Assembly (NCBI GenBank): GCA_965207885.1
Contig: OZ242311.1
Span: 4,768,001 to 4,832,000, forward strand
Length of the DNA: 64,000 bases
Direction of reading: 5' to 3'
Source: Candidatus Latescibacterota bacterium
Lineage (GTDB): Bacteria; Latescibacterota; UBA2968
This document shows positions 37,326-47,420 of the stretch, in pieces; the first letter of the stretch is position 1; every line of letters starts with the position of its first letter. Below the pieces are notes generated by a model. That model had not been told where the DNA came from and did not search any database. It saw nothing but the letters and a program-made list of their open reading frames with translations. The position numbers and the translations under genes are program-made.

Positions 37326-38846
37326 TTATCGACCTTCTTCTTCCCAGCGGCGAATCACAATTTTGGGATCGAAATAGGTGTTGTTCGGATAAAAATCGGG
37401 CAGCGACGAGCGATCCCCCTGTCTCGCACCTTCCAGATGTAATAGTGCGAGTGGTAGCGCGGTATCGATATTCGTTTCGCCTTCCCGACTATCTGAGACA
37501 ATCAGGCCATTCACCTGATATTGCCGCAGCAATTGTTCTCCGAGAGAGGTGGCGGACTGCAATAGCGCATTATCGCCTGTTGCCGAGTGGAGTTCCAATA
37601 AACCGAATAACGCGCAGGCGTCGTTTTGTCCTTTGTTTACCCACGCTTCATCACTTGCAGGCGAACCGCCAGATCCAAAATCCACAGGCGCGTTTAAGTC
37701 GCCCCAGCCCATCCCCTGGGCTGTGGAAAAGGCTATTTCTCGAAAACGATCAATGCCGGTCAGATGGTATGCCCGCGCGTAAGATAAGAACATCAGGCCA
37801 TTTGCAGGGACTTTTCTCAGCTTTGTGGGCGGACAATAGCCGATTGCTTCATTGCTATTTTCTGGATAGAGGCGGGTGCCGTCATTGATTGCGGGATAAA
37901 AGCTGTGGTCGTTGATATTGTAACAGTGGGTTGCCAGGGCTTCTAAATCCGCGGTTACTACATCGAGAAATGCTTTGCCCTTTTCATTGCCCAGGACCTC
38001 CGCAGCATTGAGAAAGGTGACGGCGGCTCGTCCGTATCGAACTTGAATCACGTTATTGGTGATGACTGTTACTTCGTTGATATCTGCCCGTTCGCTAAAC
38101 GGTAGTTTGAATGATTCTCGGACCCGACAGGGATCGCGATGATTAAACTGATACCCCGCCAATCCCGCCTCGGGATGCCGGATCTGATCGTATCGCGAGA
38201 GTAGATGCTTTGCCCATCTCAAAGGTGTTTCATCGCCTGAGAGCGCGTGTAGTATTGCCCCGCTCAGGATTAAATCGCTTCCCGTGTTGACAAAGGAAAG
38301 CGCGGTGTTCTCCACAATCGGCAATGGGCCTCCTTCAAATTCTATATCCCACTTTTCTTTCCACGCTTCGTAAATTCCGTGCCGGTTAAAGAGCAAGGTG
38401 GGCCAATCCCAGATGTGCGCGTGCCAGACGGCTTTGGCAAAGCGGCGCATGCGTTCGGGATGAACTTTATAGAGGTACGCATAGTGCGGATAGACGCACT
38501 TCATTTCGTGATTGCCCAGTACTGGCGCATCTGTTAAGAGGTCGTAACTGGTATGGCCTCCCCAGTAGAACAGGTCAGATTCTATATCGTGAATTTTATC
38601 CAGCGCACAATTGATCCATTTATCTGCCTGATTATGGTATTTGTCGTTCCCTGTTAGTGTTCCCAATGCATCCAGCGCCCGCAAAAAATTCTGCTGACAC
38701 GCGAGGTTGGATAGCATATTTCCCTCCCAAATCAGCGGCTGTGCGGTTGCCAGGTCGAGTCCATCTGAGAGCATTGCACCGTTTTTGTGTGTACAATGCG
38801 CGAATACCTCCTGTACGTGCTTATCTACCGCGTCGATAAATCCCAT
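37326..38846 (-). CDS. Pectate lyase family 2 (PelW-like) protein
   Basis: SNLACQQN..R....L..LTG, YWGGH, HEMK, NRHG.Y, F.NTGSDL, GL.GYQF resemble PL2; RBS aggagg. Confidence 0.65.
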   Translation of the reverse strand: MGFIDAVDKHVQEVFAHCTHKNGAMLSDGLDLATAQPLIWEGNMLSNLACQQNFLRALDALGTLTGNDKYHNQADKWINCALDKIHDIESDLFYWGGHTSYDLLTDAPVLGNHEMKCVYPHYAYLYKVHPERMRRFAKAVWHAHIWDWPTLLFNRHGIYEAWKEKWDIEFEGGPLPIVENTALSFVNTGSDLILSGAILHALSGDETPLRWAKHLLSRYDQIRHPEAGLAGYQFNHRDPCRVRESFKLPFSERADINEVTVITNNVIQVRYGRAAVTFLNAAEVLGNEKGKAFLDVVTADLEALATHCYNINDHSFYPAINDGTRLYPENSNEAIGYCPPTKLRKVPANGLMFLSYARAYHLTGIDRFREIAFSTAQGMGWGDLNAPVDFGSGGSPASDEAWVNKGQNDACALFGLLELHSATGDNALLQSATSLGEQLLRQYQVNGLIVSDSREGETNIDTALPLALLHLEGARQGDRSSLPDFYPNNTYFDPKIVIRRWEEEGR

Positions 38847-38960
38847 GATTGCCCTCCTTGTCCTGGTCAAAACAATTATAGCTCCAACAGACCAAATATC
38901 AAAGTGCTCTTACATCCGCTCAACAATCGACTTGACATTGTTTGCGACAGCAAGCATAAA

Positions 38961-39056
38961 TGAGAAGGGTGAAGTGTGAAGGAGGAAGGGTGAAACGCGG
39001 GGTGGTGTTGGGTGGTTTTCTCACTTCTCACTTCTCACTTCTTACTTCTCACTTCT
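38961..39056. repeat. Inverted pair of heptamer tandem repeats
   Basis: gaag(g/t)gt-like units at 38961-38995 and (cttctca)n at 39018-39056. Confidence 0.75.
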
Positions 39057-39070
39057 TTCGGAGGATTCAC

Positions 39071-40021
39071 ATGTTAAAAGCTGGATTTATCGGAGCTGGG
39101 GGGCGCAGTCAGGGCGCGCATTATCCAAATGTCCATCGCCTGGAGCAAGATGTCGAGATGTGCGCGGTTTGCGAACTCGATGAAGAACGCCTGGATCAGG
39201 TTGCGAAAAAATACGAGTTTCCGCAAGTATATACAGATCACAAAAAGATGCTCGGCGAAGCCGATCTCGATATCATCTATTGCGTTATGAATGAAAAATG
39301 GATTTTGCAGACGGCTATTGATTGCATGAATGCGGGCAAACACATTTTTATTGAAAAGCCTCCCGGTGCCAATCTCGAAGAGACCGAGCAATTGCTCGAG
39401 GCGGCGGTGTCCAACAATGTGTTTGCAATGGTTGGGTTCCAGCGGCGCTATACCGCGGTTACGCGCGAGGCCATGCGTGTCGTAGCAGAAAAAGGTCCCG
39501 TTTCATCTATTGTCACGACATTCAACAAGCAAATGCTCGGTGGCGATGGCAAAGAATTTACTTCTACTCTGTGGAATGACGTCTGCCATATTGTCGATCT
39601 CACGCGCTATATGGCCGGGAGTGAACCCGTGGAGGTGTCCGCCTATCAGGACAAATTTGGTGGGGAGAGCTATAATAATTACACGGCTCTCATACGTTTT
39701 GAGAATAACGCGGTCGGCACCATCCATGGCAATCGCGCTTCTGGTGGGCGCGTACTGCGCTCTGAATTGCACGGTGTGGGTATTGGGTGTTATATGAAGA
39801 TTCCCCAGGAGATCGAGATTCACGAAGACAATCAGGTGCGTACCCTGGGAGGATGGGAAGTTGATGGCGTGGAAGAGGATGATGTCGCCAGTTACGAGGG
39901 TGTTTTGACGATGCACCAGCATTTTGTCGATTGTATCAATAAAAACGAGGTGCCTCACAACGACCTGCGAGATGTTATCCATTCCATCCGTCTGGTGGAT
40001 CAGCTCGAAGCTAAGGAGTAA
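39071..40021 (+). CDS. Gfo/Idh/MocA oxidoreductase
   Basis: RBS gagga; IGAGGR, EKP, VGFQRRY. Confidence 0.88.
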   Translation: MLKAGFIGAGGRSQGAHYPNVHRLEQDVEMCAVCELDEERLDQVAKKYEFPQVYTDHKKMLGEADLDIIYCVMNEKWILQTAIDCMNAGKHIFIEKPPGANLEETEQLLEAAVSNNVFAMVGFQRRYTAVTREAMRVVAEKGPVSSIVTTFNKQMLGGDGKEFTSTLWNDVCHIVDLTRYMAGSEPVEVSAYQDKFGGESYNNYTALIRFENNAVGTIHGNRASGGRVLRSELHGVGIGCYMKIPQEIEIHEDNQVRTLGGWEVDGVEEDDVASYEGVLTMHQHFVDCINKNEVPHNDLRDVIHSIRLVDQLEAKE

Positions 40022-41004
40022 ATGTGCTCGGGTGAGTCAACCAGTTCGCCCGCGGCCTCTAATACCTCAATTCCAGCATCCTTTTTGTACGCATTTTCGC
40101 TGATATATCGCCGCCAGGCTTTTGCACCCGGCATGCCGGCAAATAGCCCTATGAGATGTCGCGCTATATGGTGCAATCGCGTACCGCGTTCGAGTTGGTC
40201 GGAGACATAGGGCAGATACGCGTGCAGGATTTCGTGTCGAGATGGTATTGGGCGTGTTTCGCCAAAGAACCGATGGTCAACTTCGGACAGAAAATAGGGG
40301 TTTGAATAGGCTTCCCGCCCGACCATCACGCCATCGACACGCGCCAGATGCGCAGCGGCTTCGTCGAGCGATATAATTCCCCCGTTGATTACGACATCCA
40401 GATCTGGAAAATCGCGTTTGATGCGATAGACGATGTCATAAGATAATGGGGGAATTTCTCTGTTTTCTTTGGGACTCAGGCCCTGAAGCCAGGCTTTGCG
40501 CGCGTGAAACGCAAAGATACGGCATCCCGATTCGGCAACGGTCTGGACAAAATGCACCAGTTCCTGGTAAGAATCGCGATTGTCAACGCCGATTCGCGTT
40601 TTTACGGTTACGGGAATATCTACCGCGTCGCGCATTGCGCCTACACCATCGCGCACCCGTTCGGGTTCTTTCATCAAGTACGCCCCAAAAAGCCCTGATT
40701 GCACGCGGTCGCTCGGGCATCCCACATTCAGATTGATCTCATCATATCCCCAGTCTTCCCCCACTTTGGCGCACAGTGCGAGGTCGGCGGGATCGCTTCC
40801 GCCCACTTGTAGTGCTATGGGATGTTCAATCGGATCAAATCCCAATAAACGCGCGCGATCACCGTGTACGATTGCGCCAGTGGCAACCATTTCTGTGTAT
40901 AGCAAAACCCGTTGGGAGATCAGGCGCAGAAAATACCGCTCGTGCCGGTCTGTACAATCCATCATGGGCGCGATTGAAAATCGTCTGCTGTTTCCAATAG
41001 CCAT
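40000..41004 (-). CDS. dusA: tRNA dihydrouridine synthase DusA
   Basis: APMMDCTDRH, NLNVGCPSDRVQ, HARKAWLQGLSPKENREIPP. Confidence 0.92.
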   Translation of the reverse strand: MAIGNSRRFSIAPMMDCTDRHERYFLRLISQRVLLYTEMVATGAIVHGDRARLLGFDPIEHPIALQVGGSDPADLALCAKVGEDWGYDEINLNVGCPSDRVQSGLFGAYLMKEPERVRDGVGAMRDAVDIPVTVKTRIGVDNRDSYQELVHFVQTVAESGCRIFAFHARKAWLQGLSPKENREIPPLSYDIVYRIKRDFPDLDVVINGGIISLDEAAAHLARVDGVMVGREAYSNPYFLSEVDHRFFGETRPIPSRHEILHAYLPYVSDQLERGTRLHHIARHLIGLFAGMPGAKAWRRYISENAYKKDAGIEVLEAAGELVDSPEHIYSLASS

Positions 41005-41016
41005 ATAAAAACTCAA

Positions 41017-41056
41017 TAAAAAAACGAGTCGATTACATGGGCAACCGACTCGTTTT
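41017..41056 (-). terminator. Intrinsic terminator after the HPR gene
   Basis: aaaacgagtcg/cgactcgtttt stem; longer U-tract on minus. Confidence 0.65.
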
Positions 41057-41075
41057 GGATTAATACCAGTGTTTA

Positions 41076-42221
41076 TCACGCATAGGCGGAAAGCCCGACT
41101 TCACTTGCATTGACAATACTGGGGGCTGCCTGTGGGGGATTGTCGCCGAGGAAGGGCAACACACCGTCCGGATCTTGCCAGGCGCCATAGCCATTCAGAA
41201 CACCAGCAACATTTGAGGCCGCCAAAGTGGCCATTCCCGAACGAGTCCATATTGTCGCCGATGCAATATGCGGTACAATGACCACATTGGGCAACTCTTT
41301 AAGCCCGGGTTTCATCAGGGGTTCGTCTTCAAATACATCAAGGCCGACTTTGAAATCGGGATGGGTTTGGCAGTGTGCGACCAGTGCGACTTCGTCGATG
41401 ACCGGGCCGCGGCTGGCGTTGATGAGTATCGCATTGTCCTTCATCAGTGCAAGACGCTCGGTGTTCATCAGGTGGAAGGTGGTGTCATCCAGTAGTGGAT
41501 GTAAGCTGACCACATCGGCAACTCTCAACACGTCTTCGACCGAGTCCAAACGCCGACAGGTTATGGGTTCATCGCCTTGAGCTTTTAAGAATTCGCCATA
41601 AGCCGCGATATAATTTTCCATGTATTCATTGGGGTACGGGTCAAAATAAACCACGTTCATCTTGAACCCTTCGGACATCATTTTGGCATAAGCACAGCCG
41701 ATGCGACCAGCGCCAATTACGCCGACTGTTTTCCCGGTCATCAATTCGCCCAGATAAAGCGTGGGCAACCAGCCGTGATATTTTTCGGCGCGCATAAAAG
41801 CATCGGCTTCGATTACCCGACGCGCTGCTGAAAAGGTGAGGGAGACGGCCATTTCCGCGGTGGTCTCGGTCAATACACCCGGCGTATTGCCCACCGGTAT
41901 GCCGTATTTTGTCGCTACGCCAACATCTACATTATTGTATCCCACGGCATAGTTGGAATACGCTTTGCCTCCCGCATTCTTGAGGGCGGTAAACAGTTCT
42001 TCACCCCACTTTTCCGTCAATTGTCCGATTACGGCATCGCATTGATCGCCGATTTTGTCTTTGATTTCTTCGACACTCAAAATTTCTGTGGATGTGCCAA
42101 TCTCTACGCGGCAATCAGCAGCGGTGAGTATCCCAAGCCAGCGGTCGCCGGGCAATTCTTTGGTTACGACTACGCGCTTGCTGCCCGATTCGTTGTGTGT
42201 TCTCCAGTCATTGGTGCTCAA
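41076..42221 (-). CDS. Hydroxypyruvate reductase / D-glycerate dehydrogenase, plant HPR1-like
   Basis: IGQLTE.WGE.LF.AL..AGGKA.SN.AVGYNNVDV, NTPGVLTETTAE, GAGRIG, PHIASA. Confidence 0.85.
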   Translation of the reverse strand: MSTNDWRTHNESGSKRVVVTKELPGDRWLGILTAADCRVEIGTSTEILSVEEIKDKIGDQCDAVIGQLTEKWGEELFTALKNAGGKAYSNYAVGYNNVDVGVATKYGIPVGNTPGVLTETTAEMAVSLTFSAARRVIEADAFMRAEKYHGWLPTLYLGELMTGKTVGVIGAGRIGCAYAKMMSEGFKMNVVYFDPYPNEYMENYIAAYGEFLKAQGDEPITCRRLDSVEDVLRVADVVSLHPLLDDTTFHLMNTERLALMKDNAILINASRGPVIDEVALVAHCQTHPDFKVGLDVFEDEPLMKPGLKELPNVVIVPHIASATIWTRSGMATLAASNVAGVLNGYGAWQDPDGVLPFLGDNPPQAAPSIVNASEVGLSAYA

Positions 42222-42343
42222 AATACATCCTCCTTAAATTATGCGTTTTATTTAGAAAATTGCGAATGCGAAATATAACCAATCAAAGCGTTTGTTTCAA
42301 GAAAATCTCGTTTTGTATTAGAGGCTGGTGGTTGGTAGATAGT

Positions 42344-45300
42344 CTAAGCGTTTTCGACTATAGGCTCGATATCCAGAACCCTGCGGTCGAGTTTGGGGGG
42401 TGTTCCTTTACCATTGAGCCAGTAGTTAGCCATTTTTTTGGCAGCGGCCATCTTGGGCCAGATTACCTCGCGGTAGCCCCGTACGTCGTCGGGCAGGCGC
42501 AATGCTTTCACATAAGTATCGTACCGCTCTGTATTGTTAAAATCAAAATTATCTACCAGATCGATATACCAGTCTCGATAGTTTTTTTCTTCGCGATGCC
42601 AGGCGGGAAGCCTGCGTAAAAAGCGCGCCCGTTTCATGATATTGAGCATCCAGTCGCGGGTTTGAATATCGAATCTGATGTCCAGTCCCAGGACGGTGAA
42701 ATGCGGTCGGGTTAAATGCCTGTAAGAAATCTGATCTCCGCGATCTGGATCGACATCGTAACGCGCACGGTCGCGGCGATACTTTTCCTCGCTTGTCAAT
42801 AGATGAGCCACGTAGATTTCATCTTTATAGGCCATCACGCGCGCGAGAAAGCGCACTACAGCATTGGTTGCGCGATACTGATATAGGGCGTTGTCGCGGT
42901 CATAAATATTTTTTACGCGGACGACATAAGACTGTGCGTATTCGATGCCACCCCATTGGATGAGGTCGTAAACGCCGAGGGCAAATTGCAATTTTGTCGC
43001 GTCGGAAAGAGACCAGTTGGCGACTGTCTCTGAGAGGGTGCGATAGGTCTCGGCCAATTTTTCGCCCCGCGTTTTGGCCAAAATTTCCGTTTTATCGTCA
43101 ATGAGGCCCCTGTATGTGGTTACGGGTTTGGGTTTGAAAAATGCATCGGGATCCAACGCGGCTTTGCGCCCCATCTCAAATGCTTTGAGATTGGCTTCGA
43201 GTTCATTCGATTTGATATTTTGCTTCATTGCCCACCGGATATTTTCCAGCGTGAGGGGCAATGCGCCCCGTTGAAATGCCGCGCCCAGCAAGATGCTATT
43301 GGCATAGATTTTATTGCCCAGGTATCGTTCAGAGATTTCGCCGAGGTCCATCCCAAAATACGTGTCGGAATTGGTATAACGCCGCAACATATCCTCCAGA
43401 TGATCTGTATCAAAATCATCTCGGCCAATCATCGACAAAATGGTTTCGCGCTTGCCGGTTTCCACGACGGCTGTGGTGCGCTGAGGGCTACCTACGCGAC
43501 CGGTTCCATTCGGATCTAACCCGCGCACGGCCTCCAGAATGTCCAATCCCAACAGCAAGTCTGCATGCCCGTAGGGTGTCAATTGCGAAATCACCCGCTC
43601 GTCTTTGGTAAAACTGACGTGCGAATACACGCCGCCGTTGCGGATAGCCAGTCCTTTTTTGTTGGTGAATCGAACGGTATATCCCTGTTTCGCGCCTGCA
43701 ACGGCGATAATCGCAGAAATGGTATTGATGCCCATGCCGCCTACGCCAGCTACATAAGCGTACCAGGCCGTATCAAAGTCGCGGGATTTGGGTTCGGGAA
43801 TATTCGAGAGGTCGATTGATTCAGTTTGCACCTCGGGCGCGCGCGACCGGTGAACGGTCAGGCGTTCAAAAGAGGGACACGTTTTATCGCCATTTGCTAC
43901 TTCGACCTTTGTACACGCTCCATCTGCAACGCACAAAGATAAATCGGTTGCGACTTTTGGACCGTGAAGCGATTCTTCTACGGTCAAGCCGCTACACCCG
44001 GTTGCCTGCGTGCATTCCAGACAATATTCACAGACTTCTGGCGTGATGTTGATGTGGGTTTCTTCCGACAGAAATCCCTTGTCTCGAACGGTCTGAATCT
44101 GCTCTGCGCGCACGCGACGGTAATATGTGATGCCACACTCTTTGTCGGCAATGACAATTTTGACGCCGTCTTTTAGAAGTGCTTGTTCCAGGACATCGCG
44201 ATATGCCTCCCGATTTTCCGGATTCATGCGGGCGACCATCACCGGACCATTTGTGCCGCCACCCAAACCGCGCACGACCTGTTCGATATCCTGAGCAAAG
44301 GTCGGGCGTCCCATCAGGTCAATATCTACCCCTGGCGTGGGCTGGTGACCCGTCATTGCCGTGGTCTTATTGTCTAAAATGACATAGGTAATATCTTGTC
44401 CGTGTTTAATCGAATCGGAAATCGCTGCCATTCCGCTGTGGAAAAATGTCGAATCGCCCATGAACACGAGTTGTTTGTTGTCGATAAAAGGATCGATACC
44501 CGCACCCGTACCACCACCGAGTCCCATTCCCGACAAATTGTGCATCAGCCGGTTAAATGGCTCGTATTTCAATAGGGAATAACATCCGATATCTCCGTGA
44601 AAAATCAGATCCGTCGGATCTGTGCCGTGCTTGCGCTGCATATAATCGCCATCTTGGAAATCATCGATCATCTTGTCCAGCACACTGGCTGAATCTCGGT
44701 GCGGGCAGCCCGGACAAAACGATGGTGTGCGAACCGATGCGCTCAGGTCATAAGTTTCTGTCTGAGCCATCAAGGCGACAACGGCATCAATGCGCTCGGC
44801 ATCTACGGGCACTGTGGGATCGTCGAGCGATTTCAACACTGGGGCCAGCACATTGAGTGTGATGCTCGGATTCAGGCCACAACTATCTGGAAAACCGCGT
44901 CCATGGGGAAAGCGTTTGCCCCATATTTGAAATGCCTTTGTTTTGCTGGCTTGATACAAGTTTTGCAAGGCAGTGGCAATTTGTTCTTCCAGAAAACCGC
45001 GTTTTTCTTCCACCACGTAAATTTCATCGACCATATTTGTAAATTCGCGCAAGATCTCCGAATCAATCGGATACGTAATCCCGTATTTCAAAATGGGAAT
45101 GCTACCCCCCAACCCAACCATATTGAGCGCGTGTTCCAAATAACAATAGGCCAAACTGCTGGTGACAAAGCCGATCCGCTTTTTGCCAGAGTCTGGCCGA
45201 TATAAAATTCGATTCAACCCGTATTCTTTTGCGAGGGTGAGCAGCTTGGGAAAACGCTGCTCGAGGACCTCCTTTTCTTTTATCACAGTATGTGGAGGGA

Positions 45301-45952
45301 TAATCACGCGATCATCTGGGGAAATCGTCTGTGGATCCAGGCGGATGGGATGGTTAAATGTTTTTTCGGGAAACTGGTTTGCGTGTACTTCGACCGTGCC
45401 TCCGCCATCTGCCTGATTGGATGTCACGAGGTAGGCGATATAAAGCCGGGTTTTTTCCGACAACTCAAAGGCTACTTTGATCCAGTCTTTCATTTCCTGA
45501 AAGGTGCTGGGTTCGAACAAGGGCATATACAGGTGTTTGGCAATAAAGCGAGAATCAGCAGGCACTTGCGTGCCCTCAGACCACGTATCATCGCCAAATA
45601 CAGCAACCGCAGCAGCGCCTTCACCTGTTCCGGCCATATTGCCCAGTGCCAACGCGTCTGAAGCGACGTGCGCGCCCACGCTTTTCATGACTGCGATGGC
45701 GCGAATAGATTCCATCTGCGCCCCATTGAGACGCGCTGCTCCCAGGGCTTCGTTGTTGGCAATTTGCACCATTACGCCTTTTTCCACCAACAACTCGCGG
45801 ATGCGCTCTGCTGCATCAAATACTTCTGCCACGGGTGATCCGGGATATCCCGTCATCAACCCCATGCCGCCTTCGAGGCTACCCTTGACAATCAATTCAT
45901 TGCCCGTAAAAATGCCCGTGCCTTTTTCAAATGTAAATCGAGGATCCATCAA
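42344..45952 (-). CDS. Fused indolepyruvate ferredoxin oxidoreductase family protein
   Basis: TGYPGSP, FCPGCPHR, GDIGC, GDSTFFHSG, ferredoxin Cys cluster, GVGGMG, YKDE. Confidence 0.88.
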   Translation of the reverse strand: MMDPRFTFEKGTGIFTGNELIVKGSLEGGMGLMTGYPGSPVAEVFDAAERIRELLVEKGVMVQIANNEALGAARLNGAQMESIRAIAVMKSVGAHVASDALALGNMAGTGEGAAAVAVFGDDTWSEGTQVPADSRFIAKHLYMPLFEPSTFQEMKDWIKVAFELSEKTRLYIAYLVTSNQADGGGTVEVHANQFPEKTFNHPIRLDPQTISPDDRVIIPPHTVIKEKEVLEQRFPKLLTLAKEYGLNRILYRPDSGKKRIGFVTSSLAYCYLEHALNMVGLGGSIPILKYGITYPIDSEILREFTNMVDEIYVVEEKRGFLEEQIATALQNLYQASKTKAFQIWGKRFPHGRGFPDSCGLNPSITLNVLAPVLKSLDDPTVPVDAERIDAVVALMAQTETYDLSASVRTPSFCPGCPHRDSASVLDKMIDDFQDGDYMQRKHGTDPTDLIFHGDIGCYSLLKYEPFNRLMHNLSGMGLGGGTGAGIDPFIDNKQLVFMGDSTFFHSGMAAISDSIKHGQDITYVILDNKTTAMTGHQPTPGVDIDLMGRPTFAQDIEQVVRGLGGGTNGPVMVARMNPENREAYRDVLEQALLKDGVKIVIADKECGITYYRRVRAEQIQTVRDKGFLSEETHINITPEVCEYCLECTQATGCSGLTVEESLHGPKVATDLSLCVADGACTKVEVANGDKTCPSFERLTVHRSRAPEVQTESIDLSNIPEPKSRDFDTAWYAYVAGVGGMGINTISAIIAVAGAKQGYTVRFTNKKGLAIRNGGVYSHVSFTKDERVISQLTPYGHADLLLGLDILEAVRGLDPNGTGRVGSPQRTTAVVETGKRETILSMIGRDDFDTDHLEDMLRRYTNSDTYFGMDLGEISERYLGNKIYANSILLGAAFQRGALPLTLENIRWAMKQNIKSNELEANLKAFEMGRKAALDPDAFFKPKPVTTYRGLIDDKTEILAKTRGEKLAETYRTLSETVANWSLSDATKLQFALGVYDLIQWGGIEYAQSYVVRVKNIYDRDNALYQYRATNAVVRFLARVMAYKDEIYVAHLLTSEEKYRRDRARYDVDPDRGDQISYRHLTRPHFTVLGLDIRFDIQTRDWMLNIMKRARFLRRLPAWHREEKNYRDWYIDLVDNFDFNNTERYDTYVKALRLPDDVRGYREVIWPKMAAAKKMANYWLNGKGTPPKLDRRVLDIEPIVENA

Positions 45953-45958
45953 TATCCT

Positions 45959-47332
45959 TTAGAATGCTGTGTCTTGCCAATTGGGATTGTAGAGTTCACC
46001 CGACATGGTCGAGTGTACCAGTTCGTAAACGCCGGTTCCGCGGCGATCAAAAAATATAAAAATATATCGTCCCGACTTTTCGTAAGTCCAGGTATCTATG
46101 GCTTTTCCTATCGCAGCCGATGTGGTATAATCGCGCTCGCTGGGCGGCCCGTATTTGATATAAACACGTCCTTTGTCTGTCTCTGATCCCCGCTTGCCCG
46201 GTTGTGATGTAAACGTATCATCGGAGTATTTCATGCGATTTATATGGTCTCGAAGCCGTTCATTTAAGGGCGTCTTTGGGGTCGGATCCAGTTTTTTCCA
46301 AAATGTCCGGAGGAATTTCATTTTCGAATCCTGTGTTGGCAAAGATTCGTAAAGACCGAGATCTTTTTCAGACGCAATGTGATGAATGGTTTGAAAATAT
46401 CGCAATTGTTCCTGTTGTGCCTCCGTCAATTGTGGATTTTCATTTTCATCTGAAATGAGAAAGACTTTGCGTTTATGTCGCACATGTTCGCGCGTGCTGC
46501 GGTCAAATAACTCGATTTGCAAATCGTACGCGCCGCCAGATAGTCCTTCTGTTTCCAGAACGTCTGTTTTTACCACGCTTTCGCCGGGCTTAATCAGTCG
46601 CTTTGCCGGATACGATTTGACAACGACATCGGCGGTGTCGAGCAAGCTATATCCCAAAACAAATGAATCATTGGGATTGTTGGGCATGACCTTGAAGTTG
46701 TAAACCTCAAAGTAGATCTGTATTGGTTTACCCACGCGGAAGAAGCGCGTTGTATTGGGGACGACGTGCCATCCATTTTTGACAAAGCGCCCGGCAGATT
46801 CGGCTTTTTTCAATTCCGAAGCGAATACCACATCGCTTACGACCAACTCAGTACCCTCAAAACGACGCACGCGCATATTCCCTTCACAGGCACCTGAAAT
46901 ATCTCCGTAAATATCTTCGGCTGTCAGTGTCATTTTGTAGGGACCAGGCGCAATATCAACGGCGATGATATCGCGCACCAGCGCACCATTTTGTTTCAAT
47001 TCTCGGATATTTACTACCGAAACATTTCGCGTCCACAACTCTTGCACTGTGGGATTTCCCGCGGAGTCTTGCAGAGAAAGCTCAAAGTCAATTTGGGATA
47101 CGTATTTGCCATCTTCGGGTACAAACTGCAATTGTCGCGCATCGATTAATGTATAGACTTCCAGACGCGTGAGGTTTTGAGGTCCCCGAAATGCAGCGGT
47201 TTCGGCAAAAACGCGCAATTCGCCCTTTGAGCGCAAAGGCATATCCCGATATACTGGTGCATCCTCTTGCCCATATGCCGTTGTCCAGAAACAGGCGGCG
47301 ACTATCGCAACATACCATTTTATGAGACGCAT
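45959..47332 (-). CDS. GWxTD-domain exported protein
   Basis: FW...DPTP.T..NE, GSETDKGRVYIKYGPP, W.Y, F.F.D..GTG.Y.L; signal peptide. Confidence 0.8.
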   Translation of the reverse strand: MRLIKWYVAIVAACFWTTAYGQEDAPVYRDMPLRSKGELRVFAETAAFRGPQNLTRLEVYTLIDARQLQFVPEDGKYVSQIDFELSLQDSAGNPTVQELWTRNVSVVNIRELKQNGALVRDIIAVDIAPGPYKMTLTAEDIYGDISGACEGNMRVRRFEGTELVVSDVVFASELKKAESAGRFVKNGWHVVPNTTRFFRVGKPIQIYFEVYNFKVMPNNPNDSFVLGYSLLDTADVVVKSYPAKRLIKPGESVVKTDVLETEGLSGGAYDLQIELFDRSTREHVRHKRKVFLISDENENPQLTEAQQEQLRYFQTIHHIASEKDLGLYESLPTQDSKMKFLRTFWKKLDPTPKTPLNERLRDHINRMKYSDDTFTSQPGKRGSETDKGRVYIKYGPPSERDYTTSAAIGKAIDTWTYEKSGRYIFIFFDRRGTGVYELVHSTMSGELYNPNWQDTAF

Positions 47333-47420
47333 GACGATCCTCCAGGTGTTATATACCACAATTCCCCGGCTGGTATTGTAAGAACAGTATAAAAAGTTGA
47401 GAAAATGGAATCAAGCGTTA

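Noticed and set aside
38960-39070. N-terminal extension of the Gfo/Idh/MocA ORF (SHFSLLTSHF)
   Set aside because: Translation of the heptamer repeat; the real start at 39071 has an RBS.
40000-41004. dusA as an island integration site
   Set aside because: Gene is intact, with no adjacent integrase or duplicated dusA fragment.
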